Virus record (IMG/VR): IMGVR_UViG_3300032294_001470 | Span: 1 to 55,134 of that record | Length of the DNA stretch: 55,134 nt | DNA from: a virus | Taxonomy: Duplodnaviria; Caudoviricetes | Strand: one strand, 5' to 3' | Shown here: positions 46,591 through 55,003 of the stretch, piece by piece | Position numbering within the stretch: the stretch's first letter is position 1 | Layout: every line of letters starts with the position of its first letter | The notes under the pieces: model-generated | Database searches by the model: none | Seen by the model: only the letters and a program-made list of their open reading frames with translations | Told to the model about the DNA's origin: nothing | Position numbers and translations under genes: made by a program

Positions 46591-46800
46591 TTATTGTTTT
46601 TTTCGTTCTTTCCAATCCAACCAAAATCCAAATGCCACGATAATGTTCATTCCGAAGGATGATAATATCTCATATATATCATCATATATATTCGTGGTTA
46701 GATGAACATGACCAACAACCCAAAAAGGGATGGATAAATTTGATGCAATCCATTTAATTGCGTATTTTATGAATTCCATGACCATTTTAACCCTAACCAA
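46591..46800 (-). CDS. Small two-TM membrane protein
   Basis: Hydrophobic segments; exact start uncertain. Confidence 0.6.
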   Translation of the reverse strand: MVRVKMVMEFIKYAIKWIASNLSIPFWVVGHVHLTTNIYDDIYEILSSFGMNIIVAFGFWLDWKERKKQ

Positions 46801-47036
46801 TAATCTTTATTTACCTTTAAATTGGTATATTTCTTAATCCCATCGACCAATTCATCTCTTTGATTATCATCATTTTTGGAGTGTTCACATGAATATTCAA
46901 TAACATATGATGGATATTCGCCATCATAGGTTGAAATCGAATCACATGTTATGTTTTTTACCGGGGACTTATGAATATGTTCGGTTTTTAGGTAAGTTTC
47001 TACCAATTTTTTAACCTGTTCTTGACTTTTAACCAT
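46767..47036 (-). CDS. Hypothetical protein
   Basis: 89 aa. Confidence 0.7.
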   Translation of the reverse strand: MVKSQEQVKKLVETYLKTEHIHKSPVKNITCDSISTYDGEYPSYVIEYSCEHSKNDDNQRDELVDGIKKYTNLKVNKDYWLGLKWSWNS

Positions 47037-47039
47037 AAA

Positions 47040-47402
47040 TTATTCAATATATTTGACAGGATTACCAAATTTTTCGATAAACCATAATCTGAATGGTTCT
47101 TTCCATTCATCATTGAATAGTGAATTCAATTGTTTTTCATAAGTTGTCTCAACCACAACTAAAGGACAATTGGACTGGGCATTTGAACCAAAATATTCAC
47201 AACCATACCATCTAAAACAAACACCATCATCTATATAGTCTCCAATATAATATTCAATTAAGTTTGGGTCTTCATATGATTCCATTTCTTCAGGGTCATA
47301 CATCATAGGATTAGTCCAATTGATTTCATCCACCGGAAATAAACCTTCAAGGTAATTAGTTACAAAATTTTGTAGTTTGGATTCACTTATAACATACTTC
47401 AT
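47040..47402 (-). CDS. Hypothetical protein with 'ISESKL' leader
   Basis: C-terminal WF..KF..PV motif shared with 52745-53410 and 50914-51168. Confidence 0.75.
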   Translation of the reverse strand: MKYVISESKLQNFVTNYLEGLFPVDEINWTNPMMYDPEEMESYEDPNLIEYYIGDYIDDGVCFRWYGCEYFGSNAQSNCPLVVVETTYEKQLNSLFNDEWKEPFRLWFIEKFGNPVKYIE

Positions 47403-47848
47403 ATTTTTAAATATGCGGTATTTCGGTTAATTTCTCTTTCAACATCTCTGGCTTTGATTGATTCTCTCTTATCATGAGTCTTTTTACCTCTTGCTAACGC
47501 GATTTCGACCTTAATTAACCCCTTTTCATTCAAAAAAACTCGATATGGGACAATTGTAAGTCCCTTAATCAATTCTTTTTGTAATTTAGTCAATTCTCTC
47601 CTTTTTAAGAGGATTTTTCGGTCTTGGGTTGATTTATGGGTGTAATTTGTTGGTATTTCCGTGATATTAGCATTTCTTAAGTATAATTCACCATTAATAA
47701 AAGTACAAAAAGATTCTGATAACGATATTTTTCCATCTCGAATTGATTTAACTTCGGAACCCATTAATACAATACCGCCAATTTCAGTTCGAATGAACTC
47801 GTATTCAAACTTCGCTTTTTTATTTACAATATTAACTTGATTTTTCAT
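47399..47848 (-). CDS. smpB: SsrA-binding protein SmpB
   Basis: NKKAKFEY, GIVL.GSEVKSIR, RKILL.RRE, GLTIVP, KVEIALARGKK.HDKRE.IK.RD..RE. Confidence 0.95.
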   Translation of the reverse strand: MKNQVNIVNKKAKFEYEFIRTEIGGIVLMGSEVKSIRDGKISLSESFCTFINGELYLRNANITEIPTNYTHKSTQDRKILLKRRELTKLQKELIKGLTIVPYRVFLNEKGLIKVEIALARGKKTHDKRESIKARDVEREINRNTAYLKI

Positions 47849-47862
47849 AAGGCAAATATAAT

Positions 47863-47892
47863 AAAAAAACCCTCAATAGTGAGGGTTTTTTT
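47863..47892. terminator. Intrinsic terminator
   Basis: A7-CCCTCA-ATAG-TGAGGG-T7. Confidence 0.85.
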
Positions 47893-47896
47893 TATA

Positions 47897-48445
47897 TTAT
47901 GCTATTTGTGTATCTATAGGACCAGGTTTTGGTGTTGCACCGGCCAAATAACCATCAGCTACTTTAGCTAATAATTGTCCGGTTCCCCATTTTTTCAAAC
48001 CCTCCATTCTCGATAATTCATAAAGACCGACATCATTTTTTAACCCATTAACAATATCTTGATAATAACTCAATTTTAAAGTATCACAAGTTGCCTTAAT
48101 TCCATCTTCGATTGACTGATAATTCTTAACTTTATGAGTATTATAAATGGTTGCTCCCGGCATATTTTTCGTAGTATTGAACGGATTAAAACTTGCTTTA
48201 CCTCCTTCAGATTGTCTCCAAGCATACATAAAAGACATATTACCCTTAGTTGGTTTAGCCCCAAGACATTTTAACACTTGTTTATAAAATTCATCATCTG
48301 AAGTCGTTTTATTTACAATTTTACTATCAAATTCTTTAGTATCGACAGAATCATTACTTAATTTTTCAGTTGAGGGGGACCCAACCAACAAATTTTTAAG
48401 GATACTAATCAAATCTTGTTCAGTAAGTCTTATTACTCTTTTCAT
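47897..48445 (-). CDS. Lysozyme-like-fold protein with 'LTEQDL' leader
   Basis: AWRQSEGG...FNPFNTT...VKNY.S.EDG..AT..TL..YY resembles lysozyme-superfamily muralytic domains. Confidence 0.55.
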   Translation of the reverse strand: MKRVIRLTEQDLISILKNLLVGSPSTEKLSNDSVDTKEFDSKIVNKTTSDDEFYKQVLKCLGAKPTKGNMSFMYAWRQSEGGKASFNPFNTTKNMPGATIYNTHKVKNYQSIEDGIKATCDTLKLSYYQDIVNGLKNDVGLYELSRMEGLKKWGTGQLLAKVADGYLAGATPKPGPIDTQIA

Positions 48446-48477
48446 ACTTATAAATACTCCAATATTGAGTAAATTAA

Positions 48478-48831
48478 TTAATTTTTAAGAATCACATACT
48501 CTCCACAAACAATTACATCCTGATTATTACTTGTTTTCTTGAAAAAAACACAATTATCTTTAATTTCAAACTGATTTGTTTGATAAATTATATTATTTGA
48601 GGTTTTTATTTCATATCGACCTTTGGGTTGAATTAACGCCACATAACTGATAATTTGATAGGACACAAATATTATAACAATTAAATAAAATAATTTTGGG
48701 TTTCTTGAGAAGAAATTTGTGATACGACTGAAAAAATTCACCATTTTTGACATAAATCTCATATATAATTGTGTGAACTTTTCCAAATTTTTCATTTGGT
48801 CTTCATCAAAATTAAAGTTGTTTCTATTCAT
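48478..48831 (-). CDS. Single-TM hypothetical protein
   Basis: 117 aa with central TM. Confidence 0.7.
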   Translation of the reverse strand: MNRNNFNFDEDQMKNLEKFTQLYMRFMSKMVNFFSRITNFFSRNPKLFYLIVIIFVSYQIISYVALIQPKGRYEIKTSNNIIYQTNQFEIKDNCVFFKKTSNNQDVIVCGEYVILKN

Positions 48832-48898
48832 ATTTTTGTTTTTTTAAATAAAAAACCCACCTTTTTGGGGTGGGGTTCAAATTTTAAATTTATTTTAA

Positions 48899-49318
48899 TT
48901 AATTATTAAATTGATAACGGTCTTCCCATATTTTTTCATAACAATTATCTTGAGTTTCTTCAAAATTGTTTGGAGTTCCTGATAAATTAATAAATACCAA
49001 ATCAGGATATTGACAAAAATCCACATTAGAAAAATCAATTCCTTCACAATTTTGAAACGAAATAAATTTTGCTTTGCCTTTACTACTTTTTAGGAAGTTT
49101 TTCAAAAGGTGGTTTGCAGTTCTTTTGTCCGCACCTTCAACACGAAGAGCTTCATTAGTCATGTGTTTTATGACATCCATTTGGTCTCTGTTATTTACTA
49201 AATGGTTTACAAACCCTTCAAGTTCATCCATATCATCGTCATTATATTGTTGTTCTTTAATAACTCTTTTAACAATACGAGTTAAATCGGCTTCTGTTAA
49301 TCTAACTATTTTTTTCAT
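48899..49318 (-). CDS. Hypothetical protein with 'KKIVRLTExDL' leader
   Basis: MKKIVRLTEADLTRIVKRVIKEQ; ATATTTAT upstream; terminator hairpin at ~48850-48877. Confidence 0.8.
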   Translation of the reverse strand: MKKIVRLTEADLTRIVKRVIKEQQYNDDDMDELEGFVNHLVNNRDQMDVIKHMTNEALRVEGADKRTANHLLKNFLKSSKGKAKFISFQNCEGIDFSNVDFCQYPDLVFINLSGTPNNFEETQDNCYEKIWEDRYQFNN

Positions 49319-49389
49319 ATTTATTTTTATTTTATAATAAATATCACAGATAATAAAAAACCCCCATCCTTGTGAGATGGGGTTTAAGG

Positions 49390-49818
49390 TTATATAACTT
49401 TGATTGAGTGGATTTTGTCTCCTTGTTCGATTTGGTCTACAATATCGATACCTTCAACAACTTTACCGAAACATGTATGGTTTCCGTCCAAGTGTTGTGT
49501 TCCTTGTCTGTTGTGACAGATGAAGAACTGAGAACCACCAGTGTTTCTTCCAGCGTGTGCCATTGATAATACACCTTTATCGTGGAATTGTTTTGGTGCT
49601 GTTACCTCACATTCGATTGTATATCCCGGACCTCCATTACCAACTCCGTTTGGACATCCTCCTTGAGCTACGAACCCGGGAATAACTCTATGGAAATTCA
49701 ACCCATCATAGAATTTTTTTTCAATTAAACTTTTGAAATTTTCGGTTGTGATTGGTGTTTCGTCATATAATTCACAAATCATATCACCTTTGCTTGTAGA
49801 AATTTTTACTTTACTCAT
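49390..49818 (-). CDS. Cyclophilin-type peptidyl-prolyl cis-trans isomerase
   Basis: FYDGLNFHRVIPGFVAQGG, LSMAHAG, GGSQFFI, HLDGNHTCFGKV; terminator at ~49355-49385. Confidence 0.95.
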   Translation of the reverse strand: MSKVKISTSKGDMICELYDETPITTENFKSLIEKKFYDGLNFHRVIPGFVAQGGCPNGVGNGGPGYTIECEVTAPKQFHDKGVLSMAHAGRNTGGSQFFICHNRQGTQHLDGNHTCFGKVVEGIDIVDQIEQGDKIHSIKVI

Positions 49819-49867
49819 ATATCTTATTTTTTTATAAAATATAAGAAAAATAAAAATAAAATCAAAT

Positions 49868-50119
49868 TTAATATCTACCCGTTAGATAAACATAAATTAC
49901 TTCAGGTATTGTGGTGCAAACTTTTTTATTACCTTTATCATCATAACAATCAATCTCAGGTAAAGTTTTGATATATTTTCTTAATCGTAAAGGCGCGTTA
50001 TTTAACCTATCTACAATATACCATCGATTGTAGAGTTTGTCCGGATTGTATTGTTCATTAATAATTCTTTCAATTAATGATACAAGCTCAGATTCTCTTA
50101 AAGTTATTTTTTTTCCCAT
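49868..50119 (-). CDS. Hypothetical protein with 'LRESEL' leader
   Basis: 83 aa; ATATTTAT upstream. Confidence 0.75.
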   Translation of the reverse strand: MGKKITLRESELVSLIERIINEQYNPDKLYNRWYIVDRLNNAPLRLRKYIKTLPEIDCYDDKGNKKVCTTIPEVIYVYLTGRY

Positions 50120-50162
50120 CTCGAAAGATAATTTATCATAAATATTCTGTTATTTCAATTAT

Positions 50163-50606
50163 TTAACCAATATTCAAATTTTCTACTATAACATAACCAA
50201 TTAATCCTTCAATGTAGTTAACAACTTGTTCTTCGGTGCAATCTTCAATTCGTTTCAAAGTAACCTCACCTGGTACAGATGATTCAGGAATAACTTTTAA
50301 ATCTTCAAGAATTTTAAGATTCTTAAGTTCAATTGCATATTTGTCCATTGTATCATCAAAAACAACATTATATCCACCCATTAAAATCTTTCTATGGTTA
50401 TCATAATAATCAGGATGAAGTAATCCTTCTAACGCAGGATACATCGTAATCGTATCTGCACCACCTCTCATCGAATTTCTGTTAATTTGTGCTGAAATTT
50501 CAGTGAATTTCTCCAATAATGTTTTATTCCATTTTAATTGTAATCCAACTTCAGGTTCATTATTTTCTTTCCATCCCATGAAGTCCCATGTAACTATATT
50601 TTCCAT
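50163..50606 (-). CDS. Hypothetical protein
   Basis: 147 aa. Confidence 0.75.
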   Translation of the reverse strand: MENIVTWDFMGWKENNEPEVGLQLKWNKTLLEKFTEISAQINRNSMRGGADTITMYPALEGLLHPDYYDNHRKILMGGYNVVFDDTMDKYAIELKNLKILEDLKVIPESSVPGEVTLKRIEDCTEEQVVNYIEGLIGYVIVENLNIG

Positions 50607-50706
50607 AATAATATTTTTTTGAATTAAATATAAACAAAAAATAGTGAATTTACAAGTGGTTATTTGACATTATTCATCATTAGATGTATCTTTAAAGAAA
50701 AAAAAT

Positions 50707-50913
50707 ATGTTATATTTAAATTTTATTTTAACGGTTCTTTGCATAATTCTAATATTATATCCAATTATGATTTTTTATGTCATAAAAAAATATGGTAGCA
50801 AATTTATGGAGAAAATTACGAGTAAGTTTATGCCTAAAATGGGTGGTGGTAATGATATTATGCAATCTATGGATATCCTATCACAAATGTTTAAAAATCC
50901 AAACAAGAGGTAA
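50707..50913 (+). CDS. Small TM protein
   Basis: N-terminal TM; TTGACA-containing promoter upstream. Confidence 0.65.
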   Translation: MLYLNFILTVLCIILILYPIMIFYVIKKYGSKFMEKITSKFMPKMGGGNDIMQSMDILSQMFKNPNKR

Positions 50914-51168
50914 TTAAATTACCTCTTTTACCGGATATTTGTGGGAAATTTTAAACCAACCGGTAATAATTTCAAAGAATATTTTCTCAATAAAGGGTTT
51001 CCCGAATCTTTTCCATAGTTCGGTCTTTACAGCGTCAGAGACAAAGATGGTTTCGGTTTTTATATCATATAAAAAAAACTCATTATACCAAGTTTGTTCT
51101 TCCTTGTAATAATGTAAATAAGGGAAACTAAATCTGTCCTCAATAAATTTGATTATTTCTTTTTTCAT
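50914..51168 (-). CDS. Hypothetical protein
   Basis: 84 aa; WF...H.YPV tail. Confidence 0.7.
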   Translation of the reverse strand: MKKEIIKFIEDRFSFPYLHYYKEEQTWYNEFFLYDIKTETIFVSDAVKTELWKRFGKPFIEKIFFEIITGWFKISHKYPVKEVI

Positions 51169-51443
51169 TACCCAATTCTTTTTGCGTCATCAAATGATTG
51201 TGTGGAAATAAAATCTTCATTAAGTTGTTTAATAACTCTTTCTATAATTTCATAATCCTTAACGCTTTCATTTTCTTCACTTCCGGCTAATTTAATAATT
51301 AAAGAAATCCCTCCGGTTAGCATTTGGGACATCTCCAATAAAGATAGTTTTCGTTGTTCTTTAGGGTAAGTTATTATTACTGAAACATTTTCGTCATTTG
51401 GTTTGACGGACACCGTTAATGATAATTGATTTTCCATATTCAT
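51168..51443 (-). CDS. Hypothetical protein
   Basis: 91 aa. Confidence 0.7.
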   Translation of the reverse strand: MNMENQLSLTVSVKPNDENVSVIITYPKEQRKLSLLEMSQMLTGGISLIIKLAGSEENESVKDYEIIERVIKQLNEDFISTQSFDDAKRIG

Positions 51444-51518
51444 TTAAGTTGTAAATTTCGTGGTGTGACCACATAAACCAAATATACGAAAAAAATATAA
51501 ATAGAAAAATAAAATAAA

Positions 51519-51941
51519 TTAGTTAACCAAATACCATTCCAAGATTTCCTCTCCCTCATGAATATCCCGAAGAGCTTTCCCAAACCCATCAACATTTTGT
51601 TTCTCTTTATGAGGATAAGATGAATTACAAAAAGATGATGAATGAAAGAGATAATTAAAACCCTGAAATAGTTTTATTATCTTATAGTCCGGGTCATCAT
51701 TAATAAAATTCATATTGATTAATTTCAACACGGGTTCAGGAATTTCACTCAATCTATTTTTTGGGATATGATAAATTCCGGATTCATACGACCATTTGGG
51801 AAACACATATGTATCTTTAGGTATTTCCATAATGGAAAATACTCCGATACCATGAATGTCCGAAGATTTAAGTTCAGTAAATATGTTTTGTTTTAAGTGA
51901 AAGATTACTTCATCGACCATTATTGAATTTGTCATATTCAC
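51519..51941 (-). CDS. SET-domain protein (putative methyltransferase)
   Basis: S.IHGIGVFS...IPK.T, FCNSS...N, ALRDIHEGEEIL..Y. Confidence 0.8.
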   Translation of the reverse strand: MNMTNSIMVDEVIFHLKQNIFTELKSSDIHGIGVFSIMEIPKDTYVFPKWSYESGIYHIPKNRLSEIPEPVLKLINMNFINDDPDYKIIKLFQGFNYLFHSSSFCNSSYPHKEKQNVDGFGKALRDIHEGEEILEWYLVN

Positions 51942-51983
51942 AATGATAGTAAAAAATGGGTATAAAAAAACCCCCTCACAATA

Positions 51984-52262
51984 TTACATTTCATTATCAA
52001 TAAATGAGAGAACTCTTCCAACCGCACCCCAACTTTCATTATCAACCGCATACCTCAACATTTTTCTAACATATTCCATTTTGTTAACAATGGAACCGGA
52101 TAATTCACCTGATGAATCATCAAGGTCAATATATTCATCATCTTTTAAGTTTTTTTCCAAACTTTTAATGTTATCATAACCATATACTCGGTCATTTTCA
52201 TTTATAACTCGTTTAACAATTCTTGTTAAATCATTCTCTGTTAATTTTACAATTTTTTTCAT
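51984..52262 (-). CDS. Hypothetical protein with 'KKIVKLTExDL' leader
   Basis: MKKIVKLTENDLTRIVKRVINE, near-identical to the leader of 48899-49318. Confidence 0.8.
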   Translation of the reverse strand: MKKIVKLTENDLTRIVKRVINENDRVYGYDNIKSLEKNLKDDEYIDLDDSSGELSGSIVNKMEYVRKMLRYAVDNESWGAVGRVLSFIDNEM

Positions 52263-52276
52263 ATCTTATAAATATA

Positions 52277-52690
52277 TTAAAATCTTCCAGCACCCTTATA
52301 ACTTCTATTATAAGGATGTTCATTTAAATCACTTACTTTCACCCCTTCTCTCTTATTGGATGAATGGACAAATTTATTATTACCAATGTAAATTCCACAA
52401 TGCCATCTTGATGGTGATGTTTTACTATTAAAAAATACTATATCACCTATTTCTAAACTATCTTTGGTTATTCGTTTTGTTTGGTGCCACTGTTTCCAAG
52501 CAACATCGGCCAATTGTTTATTATAAACATCTTTATATAATCGTTTGGTGAATTGAGAGCAATCGATTCCTGATTTAGAACGACCACCTAAACGATAAGG
52601 AGTTCCTTTCCATTCATTGATAAAACTATCCAATGTTGTTTGACCAAAAGAAATATTGGTAACTAAAATTAATATTAAAAATAATTTCAT
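52277..52690 (-). CDS. NlpC/P60 peptidoglycan endopeptidase, exported
   Basis: Signal peptide; WKGTPYRLGG, GIDCS, GDIVFF, HCGIYIG..KFVHSS. Confidence 0.92.
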   Translation of the reverse strand: MKLFLILILVTNISFGQTTLDSFINEWKGTPYRLGGRSKSGIDCSQFTKRLYKDVYNKQLADVAWKQWHQTKRITKDSLEIGDIVFFNSKTSPSRWHCGIYIGNNKFVHSSNKREGVKVSDLNEHPYNRSYKGAGRF

Positions 52691-52744
52691 CTTAATTATA
52701 AATATATTGGGATAAAAAAAATTAAATGGAAATAAAATCGTAAA

Positions 52745-53410
52745 TTAAAATGTGATGTAATTGACAGGTAAATTAAACTTATCTTGAAACCATTGTTTCA
52801 TAACATCCTTCCAATAAATATCAAATAAATCGTTAAATAAAAAATAATCATCAACATCAAGTTCAACCATCGGTGAGTTTTTTCGACTCCAATCATCAGA
52901 AAAATATTCAGGTCTAAAATAGGTAAAAAGTCTTTTACCGGTTTCATCATCAAAATCTATTAACCCCTCAAATTCTTCATCACCATCGTGTGTGATTATA
53001 TCGATACTATTTAAATTATAATGAGAATTTATGTAATTATATATGAAACTATTTAACTTGTCTTGGGAAATTGCATATTCTTTTTTTGATTCGGTAAGTT
53101 TTCCTTTCAAACACATTTTACTATATCTTTGGTATATATTATCTCCAAAAGTATCAACAAAATAATAATATAAAGTATCTTTATCTTTTGAAGTTAATTC
53201 AAATTTATATTCGTCTTCCAACCAATACATAATGTTTTGAACTAACATATCACAGACTTCTGAAACAAATTCGGATGCTGGAGATATATTACACGGATAA
53301 CCAATTTCATAGTCAATAATATTGGTTATCTCTTGGCTAAGAGATATATTTGACAATCTTCTACGAATTTGAGGGGATAAGGTCTCTAATATTTGTTTTT
53401 CACTTCCCAT
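52745..53410 (-). CDS. Hypothetical two-part protein
   Basis: C-half is paralogous to 47040-47402. Confidence 0.75.
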   Translation of the reverse strand: MGSEKQILETLSPQIRRRLSNISLSQEITNIIDYEIGYPCNISPASEFVSEVCDMLVQNIMYWLEDEYKFELTSKDKDTLYYYFVDTFGDNIYQRYSKMCLKGKLTESKKEYAISQDKLNSFIYNYINSHYNLNSIDIITHDGDEEFEGLIDFDDETGKRLFTYFRPEYFSDDWSRKNSPMVELDVDDYFLFNDLFDIYWKDVMKQWFQDKFNLPVNYITF

Positions 53411-53438
53411 ATCTATAAATATCCCATAAACCAGTTGA

Positions 53439-53855
53439 TTACATGGTATTAATTTGGTAGTCTATTGATAACGGAATACCTCCCGTTTTTCGGACTAACA
53501 ATTGTTTTAAATCGAAAACTATCGCATCAAATTCAGTTTTTGGGTTTGGGACCGAACAATTGATGGTTAATTTAATATACAATGATGATGTTACATTATA
53601 TGGTGTTCCATCCATCTTGGTTGGGCTTGAATACATCATTTTAACCTCATCAACTTTAATATTATCAATTACTTCACTATCTATGCAAGTGTCATAACTA
53701 ATCCCATCCGGTAATCTTAAAAAATCGAAAGAGTCACAACCCGCTTTGATATTGTCAAACTCATTGGTTATCATTTCTTGGAATAACTCGGTTTTACTTT
53801 TCCTCTCCTCAAATATTCTTTGGTATTGGGACTCGGTTATTATAATCTTCTTCAT
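53439..53855 (-). CDS. Hypothetical protein with 'IITESQY' leader
   Basis: 138 aa; ATATTTAT upstream. Confidence 0.75.
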   Translation of the reverse strand: MKKIIITESQYQRIFEERKSKTELFQEMITNEFDNIKAGCDSFDFLRLPDGISYDTCIDSEVIDNIKVDEVKMMYSSPTKMDGTPYNVTSSLYIKLTINCSVPNPKTEFDAIVFDLKQLLVRKTGGIPLSIDYQINTM

Positions 53856-53885
53856 ATATCTATAAATATAAGAAGTTAATTAAAT

Positions 53886-54107
53886 CTACAAAGAAATGAT
53901 GTTCGAGATGGATTCAACCGCAGGATAAAAATATTCACCATATCCGGGAAAAGAAACTTCAAATGAAAGTCTTTCAGAGTTAAATGAAGTTATGATACCT
54001 TGAACTTTATTTTCAGTTAAATGTTTCATCACATCAGTTAAACTATTGTCTTCAAAATTGAACGCAACCATTTGTTCTCCAATATACTCATTAAAATAGA
54101 AATCCAT
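53886..54107 (-). CDS. Hypothetical protein
   Basis: 73 aa; TATATTTG upstream. Confidence 0.7.
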   Translation of the reverse strand: MDFYFNEYIGEQMVAFNFEDNSLTDVMKHLTENKVQGIITSFNSERLSFEVSFPGYGEYFYPAVESISNIISL

Positions 54108-54144
54108 AAATTATTAATTTTAGGCAAATATAATAATTTATTTT

Positions 54145-54402
54145 TTAAAACCTCAAATTATTTACTCGTTTATATTCGTCCAATGATTTTTTCAAATTTA
54201 CAATACATTCTCGATAATCAATCTCATCATTGAGTCCAAACCTCTTATTTTCCTCTTCTTCTTTGAAGAAAACTTTCAAAGATTCTTCGATGGTTGATAA
54301 GATGTCCAAATAAACATATTCCTTATCTCGAGATTTTTTTAATTGATATTTTAATTCAATAATTTCGTCCTCCAATAAGTCAATTTTTTCTGTTAATTCC
54401 AT
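54145..54402 (-). CDS. Coiled-coil hypothetical protein
   Basis: Start moved to ATG 54402 (MELTEK). Confidence 0.65.
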   Translation of the reverse strand: MELTEKIDLLEDEIIELKYQLKKSRDKEYVYLDILSTIEESLKVFFKEEEENKRFGLNDEIDYRECIVNLKKSLDEYKRVNNLRF

Positions 54403-54518
54403 TTTATCCGTTAAATTCTCTATATTTTTCTCTAATATAATCTTCGAAAGCGTCGTCAATGAAATCCATTAATTCATCTCGGTCTATTTCATCCCAACTC
54501 AAATTTTGTCTATTACCT

Positions 54519-54549
54519 AAAAAAAAATCCCCTCACATTGGAGGGGATT
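54519..54549 (-). terminator. Intrinsic terminator
   Basis: AATCCCCTC/GAGGGGATT hairpin with 9-nt A run. Confidence 0.8.
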
Positions 54550-54559
54550 GTCAAATAAA

Positions 54560-55003
54560 TTATTTTCTAACTCTAATTCCGCCAGGTTTTTTGGCGTATA
54601 TATCATACATTCTCTTTGTTGTAAGACACCATTTGGTATTACAATTGTTAATGTAATCCATAAATGATTCCTGTTCGTCAGGACCAAAACTTCTTTCTTC
54701 AGAATAGTCAGTTGGTTCATCAACTTCTCTTTCGTCGGCATCATACCATCCATCACCTGCTGATGCGAATGGACCTTTTTCTGCCTTTCTGAGAGGAGCT
54801 TTTTTAATTTCTGAATCATCATTATCATCATCAAAAAAGTAAAATTCGTTCACATCTTGTTCACTAACCAATGGTTTCGCATTTCCCAATTTAGAATTCA
54901 ATAATTTTGAGAAATTTTCGGTCATAACCTTCATTCCTCCGGAATGTTGTTCACGGATTGATTTTTTTTCCTCTTCGGACATGTTATTTAATAAATGTTT
55001 CAT
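54560..55003 (-). CDS. Hypothetical protein with 'MSEEEK..I..QH' leader and NTKWCLTT motif
   Basis: 147 aa; ATATTTAT upstream. Confidence 0.75.
   Translation of the reverse strand: MKHLLNNMSEEEKKSIREQHSGGMKVMTENFSKLLNSKLGNAKPLVSEQDVNEFYFFDDDNDDSEIKKAPLRKAEKGPFASAGDGWYDADEREVDEPTDYSEERSFGPDEQESFMDYINNCNTKWCLTTKRMYDIYAKKPGGIRVRK

Noticed and set aside
54404-54517. Protein-like minus-strand fragment (LSWDEIDRDELMDFIDDAFEDYIREKYREFNG)
   Set aside because: Short, no clear start and an upstream in-frame stop in the terminator; may be a tiny gene or remnant but cannot be supported.
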